Translations under genes and position numbers: made by a program
Assembly (NCBI GenBank): GCA_951406725.2
Contig: OX597822.1
Location: forward strand, 79,484,001 to 79,548,000
Direction of reading: 5' to 3'
Length of the DNA: 64,000 nucleotides
From: Octopus vulgaris
Taxonomy: Eukaryota
Notes under the pieces: generated by a model
The model's input: only the letters and a program-made list of their open reading frames with translations
Told to the model about the DNA's origin: nothing
The model's database searches: none
Part shown: positions 12,575 through 25,121 of the stretch, in pieces
How the letters are laid out: each line of letters starts with the position of its first letter
Position numbering within the stretch: the first letter of the stretch is position 1

Positions 12575-13405
12575 GTTTGTATGTAATCAATGAATGAATG
12601 AATGAATGTTGGCATGTAATGAATGAATGAATGAATGAATGAATGTATGTAAAGAATAAATAAATGAATGTTGGCATGTAATGAATAAATGAATGTTTCA
12701 ATGTAATGAAGGAATGAATGAATGAGTGAATGTAATGAATGAATGAATGAATGTATATAATGAATGAATGAGTGAATGTAATGAATGAATGAGTGAATGT
12801 TTGCATGTAATGAAGGAATGAATGAGTGAATGTAATGAATGAATGTATATAATGAATGAATGAGTGAATGTAATGAATGAATGAGTGAATGTTTGCATGT
12901 AATGAAGGAATGAATGAATGAGTGAATGTAATGAATGAATGAATGAATGTATATAATGAATGAATGAGTGAATGTAATGAATGAATAAATGAATGTTTGC
13001 ATGTAATGAAGGAATGAATGAATGAGTGAATGTATATAATGAATAAACAAATGAGTGAATGTAATGAATGAATGAATGTTTGTATATAATGAATAAATGA
13101 GTGAATGTTTGCATGTAATGAATGAATGTTTGCATGCAGTGAATGAATGAATGTTTGTTTGCATATAATGAATGTTTGTATGCAATGAATGAATGAACGC
13201 TTTTTTGTATGTAATGAATGAATGAATGTTTGTTTGTATGTAATGAATGAATGAATGTTTGTTTGTATGTAATGAATGAATGAATGTTTGTTTGTATGTA
13301 ATGAATGAATGAATGTTTGTTTGTATGTAATGAATGAATGAATGTTTGTTTGTATGTAAGAATGAATGAATGTTTGTTTGTATGTAATGAATGAATGAAT
13401 GTTTC
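12575..13405. repeat. Complex (TGAA)n-derived micro/minisatellite
   Basis: Tandem tgaa units with higher-order repeats such as gtaatgaatgaatgaatgtttgtttgtat. Confidence 0.95.
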
Positions 13406-13574
13406 TTCGTATGTTTCTTCGTTGCCGGGTCATAGTGCTAGTTTGGTATAAATTTGTTAAATTAAAAATTTGGGGTAATAAAACATACAATAACATATTA
13501 AAAAGACGAATTAAAATTCCAGAGAAAAATACATAGAAGATAAATATACAAATTTACAAAAATACATAAAAGTT

Positions 13575-13656
13575 CATCTACAGGCTGTTTCGGAGATACA
13601 TCAATTAATATGAAACATATTATATATTTAAAATTGACACTCCCCTCGTCAGGATG
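13575..13656 (-). ncRNA. Minimal type I hammerhead ribozyme (PLE-type)
   Basis: Minus strand: catc-CTGACGA-ggggagtgtcaatt...aattgatgtatctcc-GAAA-cagcctg-TA-gatg. Stem I catc/gatg, intact core, GUA cleavage triplet. Confidence 0.8.
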
Positions 13657-13991
13657 TTTTTTACACACAACACATAGTACACGGAAACAAATGCACAATT
13701 ACATACCTGCTACATGCGAAAAACCAGACATTACGTACTCCCAAAAATTCTCTTAGATACTGAATGCTACTTTATAAGCATATAATTCAGTCTAGCAGCT
13801 ATAGTAAATGGTATGAGCACATCTCCATCTGGACTAATTAATTTCTGCACTCAATTAAATTTTTCATCTTTTAATTTCTCCCATTCATGCAAAGCCACAT
13901 ATTCGAGTTCAAGTCCTTGATACATTTTATACTAATTGCTATTTTTTCTTTTAATTGTTATATAACGATTTAATTACCATTTTAATAAAAT

Positions 13992-14378
13992 GGATGGAAG
14001 CACTCCGTCGGTTACGACGACGAGGGTTCCGGTTGATCCGAATCAACGGAACAGCCTGCTCGTGAAATTAACGTGTAAGTGGCTGAGCACTCCACAGACA
14101 CGTGTACCCTTAACGTAGTTCTCGGGGATATTCAGCGTGACACAGAGAGTGACAAGGTCGGCCCTTTGAAATACAGGTACAATAGAAACAGGAAGTAAGA
14201 GTGAGAGAAAGTTGTGGTGAAAGAGTACAGCAGGGATCACCACCATCCCCTGCCGGAGCCTCGTGGAGCTTTAGGTGTTTTCGCTCAATAAACACTCACA
14301 ACGCCCGGTCTGGGAATCGAAACCGCGATCCTATGACCGCGAGTCCGCTGCTCTAACCACTGGGCCATTGCGCCTCCA
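13992..14378 (-). mobile_element. Full-length tRNA-derived SINE with TSD
   Basis: Head ggaggcgcaatggcccagtggttag...gtttcgattccc (A and B boxes); 14-bp TSD cattttaataaaat (13978-13991 / 14379-14392); nearly identical to 38641-39026. Confidence 0.9.
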
Positions 14379-15361
14379 CATTTTAATAAAATAAAATATA
14401 TTTAATTACTACTTACTATATTTACTATATTTAATTCAATTGTTATTATTACCTCTAACTTTTATTGCAATTTTTATTTTTAAATTTCTTATGGAACGTC
14501 GAGAATAATTAACAGGCGATTTGCTCTTAAATATTAACCACTTAAATGTTAGTGGTTTTATGATTGTGCATTGTAGTGTACCTATAAGATAGAATTGTCT
14601 TTGGTACCTGTTTTCATCTAATTATTACCACAATTTGCTATATATAATGTTAATTCCAATATTATCTTTTAGTATTTTTCCTATATAGATTCTCCGTAAT
14701 ACCTATACTAGTTGCCCCCCCCCTTAACTAGAAGTATAGTCTAGTGCCCATTTGACCGTTTTTCTCATGTATGTTATGTCAATAAGCCGCAGAAGAACAT
14801 ATGCGGTTCCGTACCATTTATATCATTGCCTTCTCTCCCGTACCATTAACTTATTCTCTTATTTATTTTTATCTTTATTTATATATCCATTGAACCGGTT
14901 TTAACTTATGCCCTCGGTTCAAATATAATTGACCAATTGTAGAGATCGCTGGACTTAGACCTGTCCTATTGCGGACAACAGGTGGGGTTCTCTGTAATAT
15001 TTCTATAAGTACCCTAGCTTAAGCACCCTACGGTAATGTTTTGGTTACATTTTAACTTGACTTTTCCCGTTAGCATAGGCAACGCCCTTTTTGCCATGTT
15101 AGTAAGTTTCCTCGTATTATTATTTACTTTTAATAATTTCTTTTCATAACTTTTGAAACAATTTGGTTCCACCTTTATATTGGAATTACCCGTAAAAAGT
15201 TTTTCCTCCCTAGACCAGCACTTGTTCACTCTCTTACCTACGGACCTCGTAACCCCAAGAGGGTAGATTATATGCTTTTAATATCTTGGGCTTCGAGATT
15301 TCTTTCCTAGGCCATGTTTTCTTTCCTATTCCTACTTTATTTGTTTATTTTGGATGCTTTT

Positions 15362-15475
15362 GTTTACTCTGATGAAACACCTGATTCAAATGTCCTATGA
15401 GGATGAAGAATTTTATTTTCGCAATTATTTGTAGGCATTGACTGACAACAGATGCGGAAACGGCCGTAAGATTTG
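15362..15475 (+). ncRNA. Degenerate hammerhead motif in a PLE pLTR-like remnant
   Basis: CTGATGA...GAAA-cggccg-TA with palindromic acggccgt; stems I and II are poorly paired. Confidence 0.45.
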
Positions 15476-15781
15476 TTATGTCACATAAATGTTATGTCAT
15501 GTTTTGTATTAAATAATAAGCTATAAATGTAGTCTAATTCATGTGTTTGTTCATCTGAGGTTTTCTCCATTTTCTGGGGACCTTGAAGACTGCTTTAATG
15601 CAAGAAAGTATACTAGTCCCTTAATATTTGATATTCAGTATTTCATCTATTCAATAATACAATCAATACTTCATTTCATTTTACTATATATACTATTTAT
15701 ACAATATATTTTATATTCTACATTAATATTATAAAGAATATAAATAAAACATAAAAAAACAGACACAGTTGGAATTCCTTT

Positions 15782-15830
<49 letters not shown>

Positions 15831-16030
15831 AGTCTTTTACGACAACATGGTGGACCAGGCCAGTTTAAGCTATCCTACTACTATAATGTAAACTTTTTTG
15901 AACTTATAATATTCTGTGTGTGTATATATATATAGAGATACAATACCAATATTCCACTGAACTTTTTAATGATTCCTTCTGGAAACTATCTTTAACCTTT
16001 TCTTGAGAATATGTATATATATGTTGTAAT

Positions 16031-16316
16031 CTTTTGTGCCCAATATTTTAATGAACTTGTTAAACTTTTTTATATTTTCCCAAGATTTTCCCTTGTAAGC
16101 TGTTCTTAACATGTTCTTATTATCAAGGAATATATATGTAAATTGTAATATTTTGTGACAACCAGTACCTGGCACAACCAAGCTTTTGTGCCCAATATTT
16201 TGATGAACTTGTTAAACTTTTTTATATTTTCCCAAGATTTTCCCTTGTAAAGTGTTCTTAACATGTTCTTGTTACCAAAGAATGTATATATATATTGTAG
16301 TATTTTGTGACAACCA
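16031..16316. repeat. Direct duplication, period ~152 bp
   Basis: cttttgtgcccaatatttt...gtgacaacca at 16031-16164 and 16183-16316. Confidence 0.9.
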
Positions 16317-16344
16317 ATAATTAACATAACCAAACTTTTACATG

Positions 16345-16389
16345 TTACTTTTGACGATCTTTTTCTAAAAAGTGAAACCGGTAAAGTAA
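16345..16389 (+). ncRNA. Minimal type I hammerhead with C3U change
   Basis: ttactt-TTGACGA-tctttttctaaaaagt-GAAA-ccgg-TA-aagtaa; 6-bp stem I, palindromic accggt. Confidence 0.7.
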
Positions 16390-16476
16390 ATAAATAGCTT
16401 TTAAAATTGCATTTTCAAACCTTCTTTCATATATAATTCCACTCGTGCGGTACCTTACAACTTCACTTTGTTATAA

Positions 16477-16508
<32 letters not shown>

Positions 16509-16897
16509 TTCAAATTAATAATAAAAGGGTAAAATTAATTAATCTATCAATTAATTAATAATTTTACCAAGTAGCTCGGTACGTTAAAATAATCTTTATA
16601 GGTAAAATTATGCAAATATTCTACAATTATAAGCATAATTATAATTAGGGGTCAGCTAATTGCTTCACCACATACCGAATTTAGAAATAGGAGTTTAAAA
16701 TATTTCTTTTCTACTACTATAACTACTAATCGGATTCGTGTTGATTCATTGTTTTTCTCTTTGCCTACGTAAAAAAGTGTGTTACAGTCGTGGAGGTTCT
16801 TATAGTAGTAGAAAAGGAATTTTTAACTGCAATTTCTAAATTCGGTATGTGGTAACGCAATTAGATGACTCCTAATTATAATTATGTTCATAATTAT

Positions 16898-16938
<41 letters not shown>

Positions 16939-17126
16939 TGGAAGGCACTCTAATTGGCAAACACTCGTTCAAACAAACATACCCATAGGCACACACACCA
17001 ACTAGACCACACGCGCGCGCGCACCCATACGAACGCGCATGCAGTTGCTCAGGCACAGACTTATCTTGTTCTCCCCTCCCGCTTTCCCACACAAAGAGCT
17101 AGACCCATGAACGTCAACGTGATGAT

Positions 17127-17260
17127 AAGCGAATCTCAGTAGATCTGAGACCGCGGTCACCTTAAAGAAGTCACGCGTAGCTAATGCAAATGCAAGCGAA
17201 TCTCAGTAGATCTGAGACCGCGGTCACCTTGAAGAAGTCACGGGTAGCTAATGCAAATGC
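17127..17260. repeat. 67-bp tandem duplication
   Basis: aagcgaatctcagtagatctgagaccgcggtcacc...gcaaatgc twice (17127-17193, 17194-17260), 2 mismatches. Confidence 0.92.
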
Positions 17261-17427
17261 ACTCACAAATACAAACACGTGTATCGGCAGTAACGCAGGT
17301 GTACACATAACACCACACACACACACTTGAAACGTAACGTTGCTTGAAGTGAAATTGCATCTCTTCTTTGTTCTTGACTAAAAATAGATTTATCTTCCAG
17401 TCCGCTTACCTTTTATTGACATTTGAA

Positions 17428-17718
17428 ATGGATAACCAAAAGTTTCATATTCGTGTTATAATGCTTTTCTTTTTTTAAAAAGGAGAAAATGCTGCAAAGA
17501 CTTTCAAAAACATTTGTGAAATCTATGGCGATGATGCTGTTCGAAGGTGGTTTGCAAAATTTAAAGCTGGAGAGTTTAGCTTGGAAGATGACAATCACAG
17601 TGGAAGACCTTCAAATTTGGATGAAGATATTTTGAAGGCAAAAATCTAAGAAAATTTAAATATCACGACTAGAGAACTTGCAGAGGCGTTGGAAGTTTCT
17701 AAAAGTACGGTTCATGAA
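17428..17718 (+). pseudogene. Mariner (Mos1-like) transposase N-terminal HTH fragment
   Basis: Translates RRWFAKFKAGEFSLEDDNHSGRPSNLDEDILKAKI*ENLNITTRELAEALEVSKSTVH; contains a stop and a frameshift. Confidence 0.85.
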
Positions 17719-18631
17719 GGATATCTCTTTTTGCATATTAAAAAACGCTCCGAACTTTCCCGACAACCTAATGTTATAGCCCTGGACACCCAATGCCATG
17801 TACGGGAATTTGGTAGACGGACACTGAGTAAAAGTCTGTCGTTTATACATAGATAAATGCATGCATATATACATAAATACATACATATATACATATGTTA
17901 TATGTGTGTATGTATATGTGTGTGTGTATGTGTGTGTGATTGTGTTCGTGTTCGTCTCCACCACCGCTTCACAAGGGTGTTGTTTTATCTACGTCTGTAA
18001 CTTACCGGTTCAGCAAAAGAGACTGAAAGAATAAGTACCAGAACCTAAAAGATAAGTACTGGAGGCGATATGTTCGACGAAACACTTCAAGGCAGTGCCC
18101 CAGCATGGCCACTTCCCATTGAATGGAAGCAGTTCAAGATAGAAGACTCTTTGAAGTGAAAATTAAAATTAAAATTTGAAGAGTGTCAGTCGAAGCAAAT
18201 GCCCCAGGACATTTTTTGAAGATCTGGTACTTATTCTATCGGTCTGTTTTGCAGAAGTTACGGAGATATCAAACGATAGAGGTATGTGTGTGACACACAC
18301 ACACACACAAACATGTAGTAACGCTCAAAATTGTGTAATAAACTAATATAATATAATTAAAAGTAATATAAATATATAAATTTAAAAATATATAAAATTG
18401 AAATTATAATTTAAAGTTTAAATATGTATTTCGCCTTCATATTTTACATTCGACTTTTAAGAAAGCCTTCGGCTTTAAATTTTGTCAAAGTTAAATTTTT
18501 ATTCATTTTACTCATTTTCATATTTAAATTTTAAATTATTATTTCAAGTTTATGTATTTAAAAAAATTATATATTCATATTACATTTAATTATATTATAC
18601 ATTCAATTATATTATATTAATTTAAATTTTC

Positions 18632-19168
18632 CGATCTTTTCCAGATTTCAACACAATTTCTAGTTAACTATAAACACTTTAAAACCTCGTATACTGGTAG
18701 AATGTGTTTATAAAACATCAAATATGTTGTAAGATATTTCGTCTGAAAATCTGAGTATTTTGGCAATTTTAAAGTGATTTAAACAATCAACAATCAAAAT
18801 AATTCTATAATTTTGATTGTTAATTGTTTAAATCACTTTTCATTGCTTTCGAGTTTTTTTTACACGCGTAACAATTAAATTAATTTAAAAATTAAGAAAA
18901 AAAAATTAGGGTTAGGGTTAGTTACAAGATGTTGTCTCAGTTTTAGACGCAGCAAATGTTGTTTACCTAAATGGAGGTAATCGATTAGTTAAAATTGCCA
19001 AAATACTCGGATTTTCAGACGAAATATCTCTCAACATATAGAATTTTCTCAATAAAGCCAAGAAAAAAATGATGTTTTAGAAGCACATTCTACCAGTATA
19101 CGAAGTTTTAAAGTATTTAGTTAACTAGAAATTGTGTTGAAATCTGGCTATCAAAAGGAAAAGATCCC
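18632..19168. mobile_element. MITE-like element with long imperfect terminal inverted repeats
   Basis: ~18632-18770 is the reverse complement of ~18991-19168 (ccagatttcaacacaatttctagttaacta / tagttaactagaaattgtgttgaaatctgg); an internal palindrome lies at ~18773-18837. Confidence 0.75.
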
Positions 19169-20724
19169 AATTTTCTTATAATGTTTTTACCTGAGAAAAT
19201 GACTGGATTTTTCGATTTATGACAGGTAGTTCTTATTCTTACTGTAACATTGTGTGAATTGATTCTTCAGAACGAAAACGCCCACTGTAAAATGGCGGTG
19301 GCAATGTTAACTTGTTCTAGTTAAGTCTGAGCACGGAAGAGTTAAAACAATAAACAAGAACATTTCCACCCCCAAAAAATCGTATGAAACTTACGCAAGG
19401 TACCAGGCTTACAAAATGTGTTTGAACGGTACGAAGGAATGTTTTGGCGATCGTACTGATAAACAGGCTGTCACGTTACATAAGCGATTCGGCAACATTA
19501 TCTTTCTCCGTCTGACTACTTCTCGCTTCTTTCTCTCCTGTTGTCACTTAGTCAGTAAGTTTGTTTAGATTCTCTTAGCAGCTACTACAGTTAGTTCGCC
19601 ATCCCCACAACTGTATTTCTGCGTATGTCTCTCTAAAATTTGTGTTAGTCTGTAAATGGCCTCAAATATTGTAGTGAAGTAGCACCTACTTCACTACAAG
19701 TTTTATAATAAACTAGCAGAGATACTCGGCTTTGCTCGGGATTAAAATGGCATAATTTTATTATTGTCTTACTTGTTTCAGTTATGTGACTGCGGCCATG
19801 TTGGAGCACCGCCGTTGGTCGCAGAAATTGACGACAGGATTTATTCTTTGTAAGCCTAGTACTTATTCTATCAGTGTCATCTGCCGAACCGCTAAGTTAT
19901 GGGAATGTAAACACAGTAACATCGGTTGTCAAGCATTGGTGGGGGTACAAACTCAGAAAGACAGACACATACACATACACAAATATACACATATATACGA
20001 CAGTATTCTTTCGGTTTCCGTGTACGAAATCCACTCACAAGGCTTTGGTCGGGGCGAAACGTTAGCACGCCGGGCGAAATGTGTAGCCGTATTTCGTCTG
20101 TCGTTACGTTCCGAGTTCAAACCCTGCCGCGGTCGACTTTGCCTTTCATCCTTATGGGGTCGATAAATTAAGTACCAGTTACGCATTGGGGTCGATGTAA
20201 TCGACTTGATCCCTTTGTCTGTCCTTGTTTGTCCTCTCTATGTTTAGCCCCTTATAGGTAATAAAGAAACATATATATATTCATGGTTTTTAGTTTTAAG
20301 CTATTTTATTCCTTTTCTATGGTGTTCTGCCCTACCTGATTATTTTATTATTTTATTATTTTATAATAGCCTTTATTTACAAAATAAATCTAATTTTTGT
20401 ACCCCTATAAATTCATACTTAGCTTATATAAAACAATACTGATATATTCACTACTTAAAATAAACTGCTTAGATTATAATTTAATTAATATATAGTTAGC
20501 ATGTTCTTTTACTTCGGTACTCCTTTATTAAATACCAGTAAATACCAATTGATCAATCTTCACAGATACCATCTAATAAGTTAGTATTTAAGTATATAAT
20601 ATGTATAAATATTAAGCTATTTCTAGGTAATTTCTTTTCCTCCCTCTATTGTGGTAAAAGTTTGGTATATCCTCAAAAGTATTCAAAAAACTTTTTATCC
20701 TTTTGTTATAATATTATTTTAATA

Positions 20725-21085
20725 CACTAATAAATCTCTGAGCGAGATATAAACAGTAACTGCTCTATAACATAAGGGGGATCAGCCATCTGAATGTGGC
20801 TAGGGTCAGGGCGGGGTAGTGGGGGTGTTACTGATGCATTTAGCCCCAGGCGATCATCAACGTCACCAGAAGGGCTGACACCATCTCGGTGTCCTTGCCA
20901 GCCTGCAAAGGGAGATCAGCCTCCCCGAAGATACGGATACTACATACGGACCGGTTTCGAGGTTATTGCCTCTTGTCAACGCATGGCAAGTACCGTTCTT
21001 CGTTGAGGGACTTCCTCTACAGGCTGGATATATAGGGATTTTCACAGTAACCACAGTCACTGGCGTAGAAAATCCGTTCGAAAAC
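20725..21085 (-). mobile_element. ~360-bp GC-rich inserted element carrying a hammerhead
   Basis: Present in this repeat copy but absent at the equivalent site of the paralogue (~25755-25765); contains the HHR at 20943-20985. Confidence 0.7.
20943..20985 (-). ncRNA. Type I hammerhead, U3-A8 core variant
   Basis: catgcg-TTGACAA-gagg caataa cctc-GAAA-ccgg-TC-cgtatg; 6-bp stem I, 4-bp stem II, GUC triplet. Confidence 0.75.
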
Positions 21086-21664
21086 AACTTCTGAATAATC
21101 CTAAATTTTAGCTTTATACAATATGACAATATTGTTTAAAATATTTAACTTTAGTACCTCATGATAAAATTTCCTGTTTCATTATCAATGGTCTACAAAT
21201 TGCTTATCCCTTTAATTGTCAGCTAATATCTTGATTTAAGATTTCCTTTACCAAATCTCATTATATTGCTTCAAATTAATCTTAGTAGTTTTTATGACTA
21301 TACCCACTATAATTTCTGTGGACACCCTCAGCACCGTTCCTAACAGACACTGCTCCTTGTTCTTTTAGCTTTAGATATACAAAGATTTCATAAACTAGAC
21401 TATAAATTAAAACTGACCCCATAAAACAATGACAAGCTAGATCTGTAACAAGTTATTTTTCCTGATACCTAAGTAGCGTCTAAGCTGAAGAGTAGACAGC
21501 ATGTTCTTTGTCTATCTCCTTCCCTTCTTGGAGGTTTTAGGTAAACTTATACTAATGCGTCCATCTGTTTTAATTTAATTTAATTTTATGCCTTTATGCA
21601 GCTGAGGATTGTTCTGCATTTAAATTGATGTAATGATTGCACATTGTTCAATTAAATGGAGTCC

Positions 21665-22005
21665 ACTTTCGACAAGGCGGAGATATGGTTTTCAATCGTG
21701 TTTGTTTGTTTCTCCGTGGACAAGATATCTTAAGAACCGCCGGATGGATTCAGAGGAAACTTTCAGGGATGGTGCGAACTTATTAGATTTTGGGATTGAT
21801 CCGGTACTGGACAAGGATTCAGGATTATTTTTCCGTTTTTTCTTTACTTAATTTTTGAAAGCGGTCGGATTCATTCTTAGTATTTTCGTTTGTGAGAGCA
21901 ATCGAGTTTATTTCAGATATTCTCATTTTAAAATTCATCTCTTACTGATTGTTGAGAGGACGTTGGTGTTGCCTTGGCAGAGGTTTGCGCTCTCTCGGTG
22001 CTCTT
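21665..22005 (+). mobile_element. Helentron-associated (DINE/HINE-like) non-autonomous element
   Basis: Subterminal cgacaaggc / gccttggcag followed by the terminal hairpin gcgctctctcggtgc, the typical HINE layout. Confidence 0.55.
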
Positions 22006-22007
22006 GC

Positions 22008-22868
22008 TTTTATTAAATTTATTTAACCATTTCTTTATTTACTCAGAGTATATCTGTCTTTCCTTCTAAACTAAAAGTTGTTTTTTGATTTAAAGTTTTC
22101 TTTGATTTTACACAATAGGATTTTTAAACCTTTTAATTTCTAATGCATATTACCGTTTCTTAAAAAGAACCGTTAGTTGAAACGACTAATGAAATTATAC
22201 CAATTTCAAATGTGCATCTGTCAATGTAAATTGTATATTTATACATATAACCTTAATTCTTGTTCCGTTCTCAGTCAAAACTGTCCGACGAATGGGAACG
22301 TGAAACTCTGAGCAGCAGTTTTTGTGATGTTTTTGCAGCTTTAATAATAAAGCATATTACTCTACCTCCGGTATTTGAGTACTATTTTTCCCCACCTTGT
22401 TTTACATTTATGTACTTGCTCACCCCACCAATTGTTATGCGTTCATAAATTAGTTTGATAGTTGAATTCTGATTGGCTGTATGCAAATGAGTTCATAACT
22501 GGGGTCCGGAACTCTCGTAGGAAAAGAAATTGCGCTTCCCGTTCGTCGGACAGTTTTGATTGAGAATGGAACAAGAATTAAGATTATATGTATAAATATA
22601 CAATCTACATTGACAGATACACATCTGAAATTGGTTTCATTCCATTACTCTCTCTCTTTTACTCTTTTACTTGTTTCAGTCATTTGACTGCGGCCATGCT
22701 GGAGCACCGCCTTTAGTCGAGCAAATCCACCCCGGGACTTATTCTTTGTAAGCCCAGTACTTATTCCATCGATCTCTTTTGCTGAACCGCTAAGTGACGA
22801 GGACGTAAACACACCAGCATCGGTTGTCAAGCAATGCTAGGGGGACAAACACAGACACACAAACACAT

Positions 22869-22963
<95 letters not shown>

Positions 22964-23305
22964 TACGACAGGCTTCTTTCAGTTTCCGTCTACCAAATCC
23001 ACTCACAAGGCATTGGTCGGCCCGGGGCTATAGCAGAAGACACTTGCACAAGATGCCACGCAGTGGGACTGAACCCGGAACCATGTAGCTGGTTAGCAAG
23101 CTACTTACCACACAGCCACTCCTGCGCCTCCATTGGTCGTTTCAGCTAACGGTTTTTTAGGAAACGGTGATATACATTAAAAATTAAAAGGTTTAAAATT
23201 CGTATTGTGTAAAATCGAAGAAAACCTTAAAAAGAATCTTTTAGTTTAGAAGGAAAAACATACCCTGAGTAAATTAATAAATGGAAAAAAATAAGTTCAA
23301 TAAAA
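22008..23305. mobile_element. MITE with ~290-bp TIRs; right TIR interrupted by a SINE
   Basis: 22008-22298 is the reverse complement of 22536-22646 joined to 23129-23305. Confidence 0.8.
22647..23128 (-). mobile_element. Full-length tRNA-derived SINE (aggcgcaggagtggctgtgtggtaag family)
   Basis: A and B boxes at the 5' end on the minus strand; internal (TA)n; TSD tccatt. Relatives at ~10830-11160, 17745-18150, 19765-20055, 27000-27440, 39765-39960, 41740-41900, 54740-54950 and 60706-60860. Confidence 0.88.
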
Positions 23306-24613
23306 ACAGATATTAGTTTGTTTATAAAATATTCACTTACATAATTCTAAAAGCATAAAATACATAGACACACATTATTCACACACAAATGCATACAATC
23401 ATTCACTTATACATGCGCACACTAAAAACATACACATATGTATATGTTCAAAAGTTGATACATACATGCATTTATAAAACATATACAGGCAAATATAAAG
23501 ACGATGTGGCAGAAACGTTAGCGCGCCGGGCGAAATGCTTAGCGGTATTTCGTCTGCCGTTACGTTCTGAGTTCAAATTCCGCCGAGGTCGACTTTGCCT
23601 TTCATCCTTTCGGGGTCGATAAATTAAGTACCAGTTTCGCACTGGGGGCGATATAATCGACTCAATCCCTTCGTCTGTCCTTGTTTGTCCCCTCTATGTT
23701 TAGCCCCTTGTGAGTAGTAAAGAAATATATATTTACTAATGTATACATAGGACTCTACACACATACACACAGACATGACAGAAGTAAATAACTCCAGTAA
23801 TCATTAAATTTATTTAAATCTGAAATTAGACATTCAGATTGTTTATTTATTATTATAATGTGAATATCTAATATTTAGTAGACATGCCTTTTGCATTTTT
23901 CAATGCAAGAATCCTATAAGGTATACTACTGATCAGATGACGAATATTCTCTGGCGGAATTTCTTGCCAAGTTTCGTGCAGTAATCTGAAAAAAAGATCT
24001 GACTTTGAGGAGGCTTTCTTGTTCTTTTCGGGGTTGATTAATGAAGTGCCAGTAGCTTCCTACCTCACCATCACCACCACAAAAAAAGAACAAAAAAACC
24101 CCCCCAAAAAACCCCAGACCTTGCGCCTAGTGTAGAAAAGAATAGCACCGCCTGATTAATAACCTAGAGTTGAAAAGATACAAAAGAAAACAAAATCCAC
24201 AATCTTCTGTCTCAATAAACCACTATTGACCTTGAAAGTTGTTTTTTATATTTACTACGGATTTCTTGAAGCTAACTTTCTTCCTACACCTCGATCTCTG
24301 GATAGTATATGTATAATAAAATACAAAATGGGACAAAAACGCAAAACATCCGGACAACTAGGTGATACAAAAAGGGACAACAAACATCCAGATAGACGAT
24401 ACAAAAAAGCAAGGACGGGTCATTCGAAGCCTTTTATCCTCAGTCAAGAACTGGATCATCCTCGCAATTTCGGCTGACCCAATAGTACGAAAGACAGGGA
24501 AGCAAATTAAAAGTATTTTTCAACCGATTTTTAAATATATTGATTGTTTCGTCAAACACACTTCGTTGCATTTTAGGTATGAACACACATAAACGAACAA
24601 CACGGAAGTCCAT

Positions 24614-24651
<38 letters not shown>

Positions 24652-25090
24652 TGCATACACACGTAGACACACATATATGTATGTATATGTGTTTGTTTGT
24701 GTGGGTGTGCTTTTTGTGTGTGTATAACATATGCATTTGTATAAGCGTGTACATGTATATGACTCAACTCTTTGACTCCTTAAATGTATTTAAAGGGTGC
24801 CACAATATATTTACTTATTTATTCTATAGTAGACCCCAGCCTAAATTTACAAAGATATTTCCCTAGATAGCTTCGATAATACTAAATTTTCCTCCTCTTC
24901 GTCCCCTCTCCTTTCCCTTTTCTTCTCAATTTCTATGCTTTCCAATATGGGAATTCCTTGACGAAAATGTTAACTTCTTTTGATTAATGTATCTTTGGCC
25001 CGACAAGCAGTTAGCAGACTACCCCCAGCCCATTTGGAAAATTACTACTTCTGAGGTTCTGCTAGCTATGAAACATATATAGCTTGGATT

Positions 25091-25120
<30 letters not shown>

Positions 25121-25121
<1 letters not shown>

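Larger units (their letters stand above)
11165..13960 (-). mobile_element. Decayed Penelope-like retroelement (pLTR with hammerhead, ORF start, RT fragment)
   Basis: Minus-strand translation near 11200-11340, ASFGVIILHTNIPHGLGLKPIESWI, matches the PLE RT motif (FDVxSLYTNIPHxLG); HHR at 13575-13656; interrupted by (GATA)n and (TGAA)n arrays. Confidence 0.7.
20281..21663 (+). mobile_element. Non-coding PLE-derived repeat, inverted paralogue of 25121-26210
   Basis: Long reverse-complement match to 25440-26210; ends in the 5' half of a hammerhead (tgcag-CTGAGGA-ttgttc) truncated at ~21663. Confidence 0.7.

Noticed and set aside
12465-13496. 343-aa, 212-aa and 145-aa His/Ser/Phe/Ile-rich ORFs
   Set aside because: Translations of the (TTCA)n satellite, which lacks stop codons; not genes.
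14300-14378. tRNA-like sequences here and at ~23050-23128, 38950-39026 and 55654-55725
   Set aside because: SINE heads joined to SINE bodies, several with TSDs; no complete cloverleaf.
16031-17260. Direct repeats that might suggest a CRISPR-like array
   Set aside because: Only two-copy duplications without unique spacers, in eukaryotic DNA with no cas genes.
18906-18921. TTAGGG repeats (also ~39113-39143 and ~54257-54267)
   Set aside because: Only 2-3 units inside or near repeats; not a telomere or fusion site.
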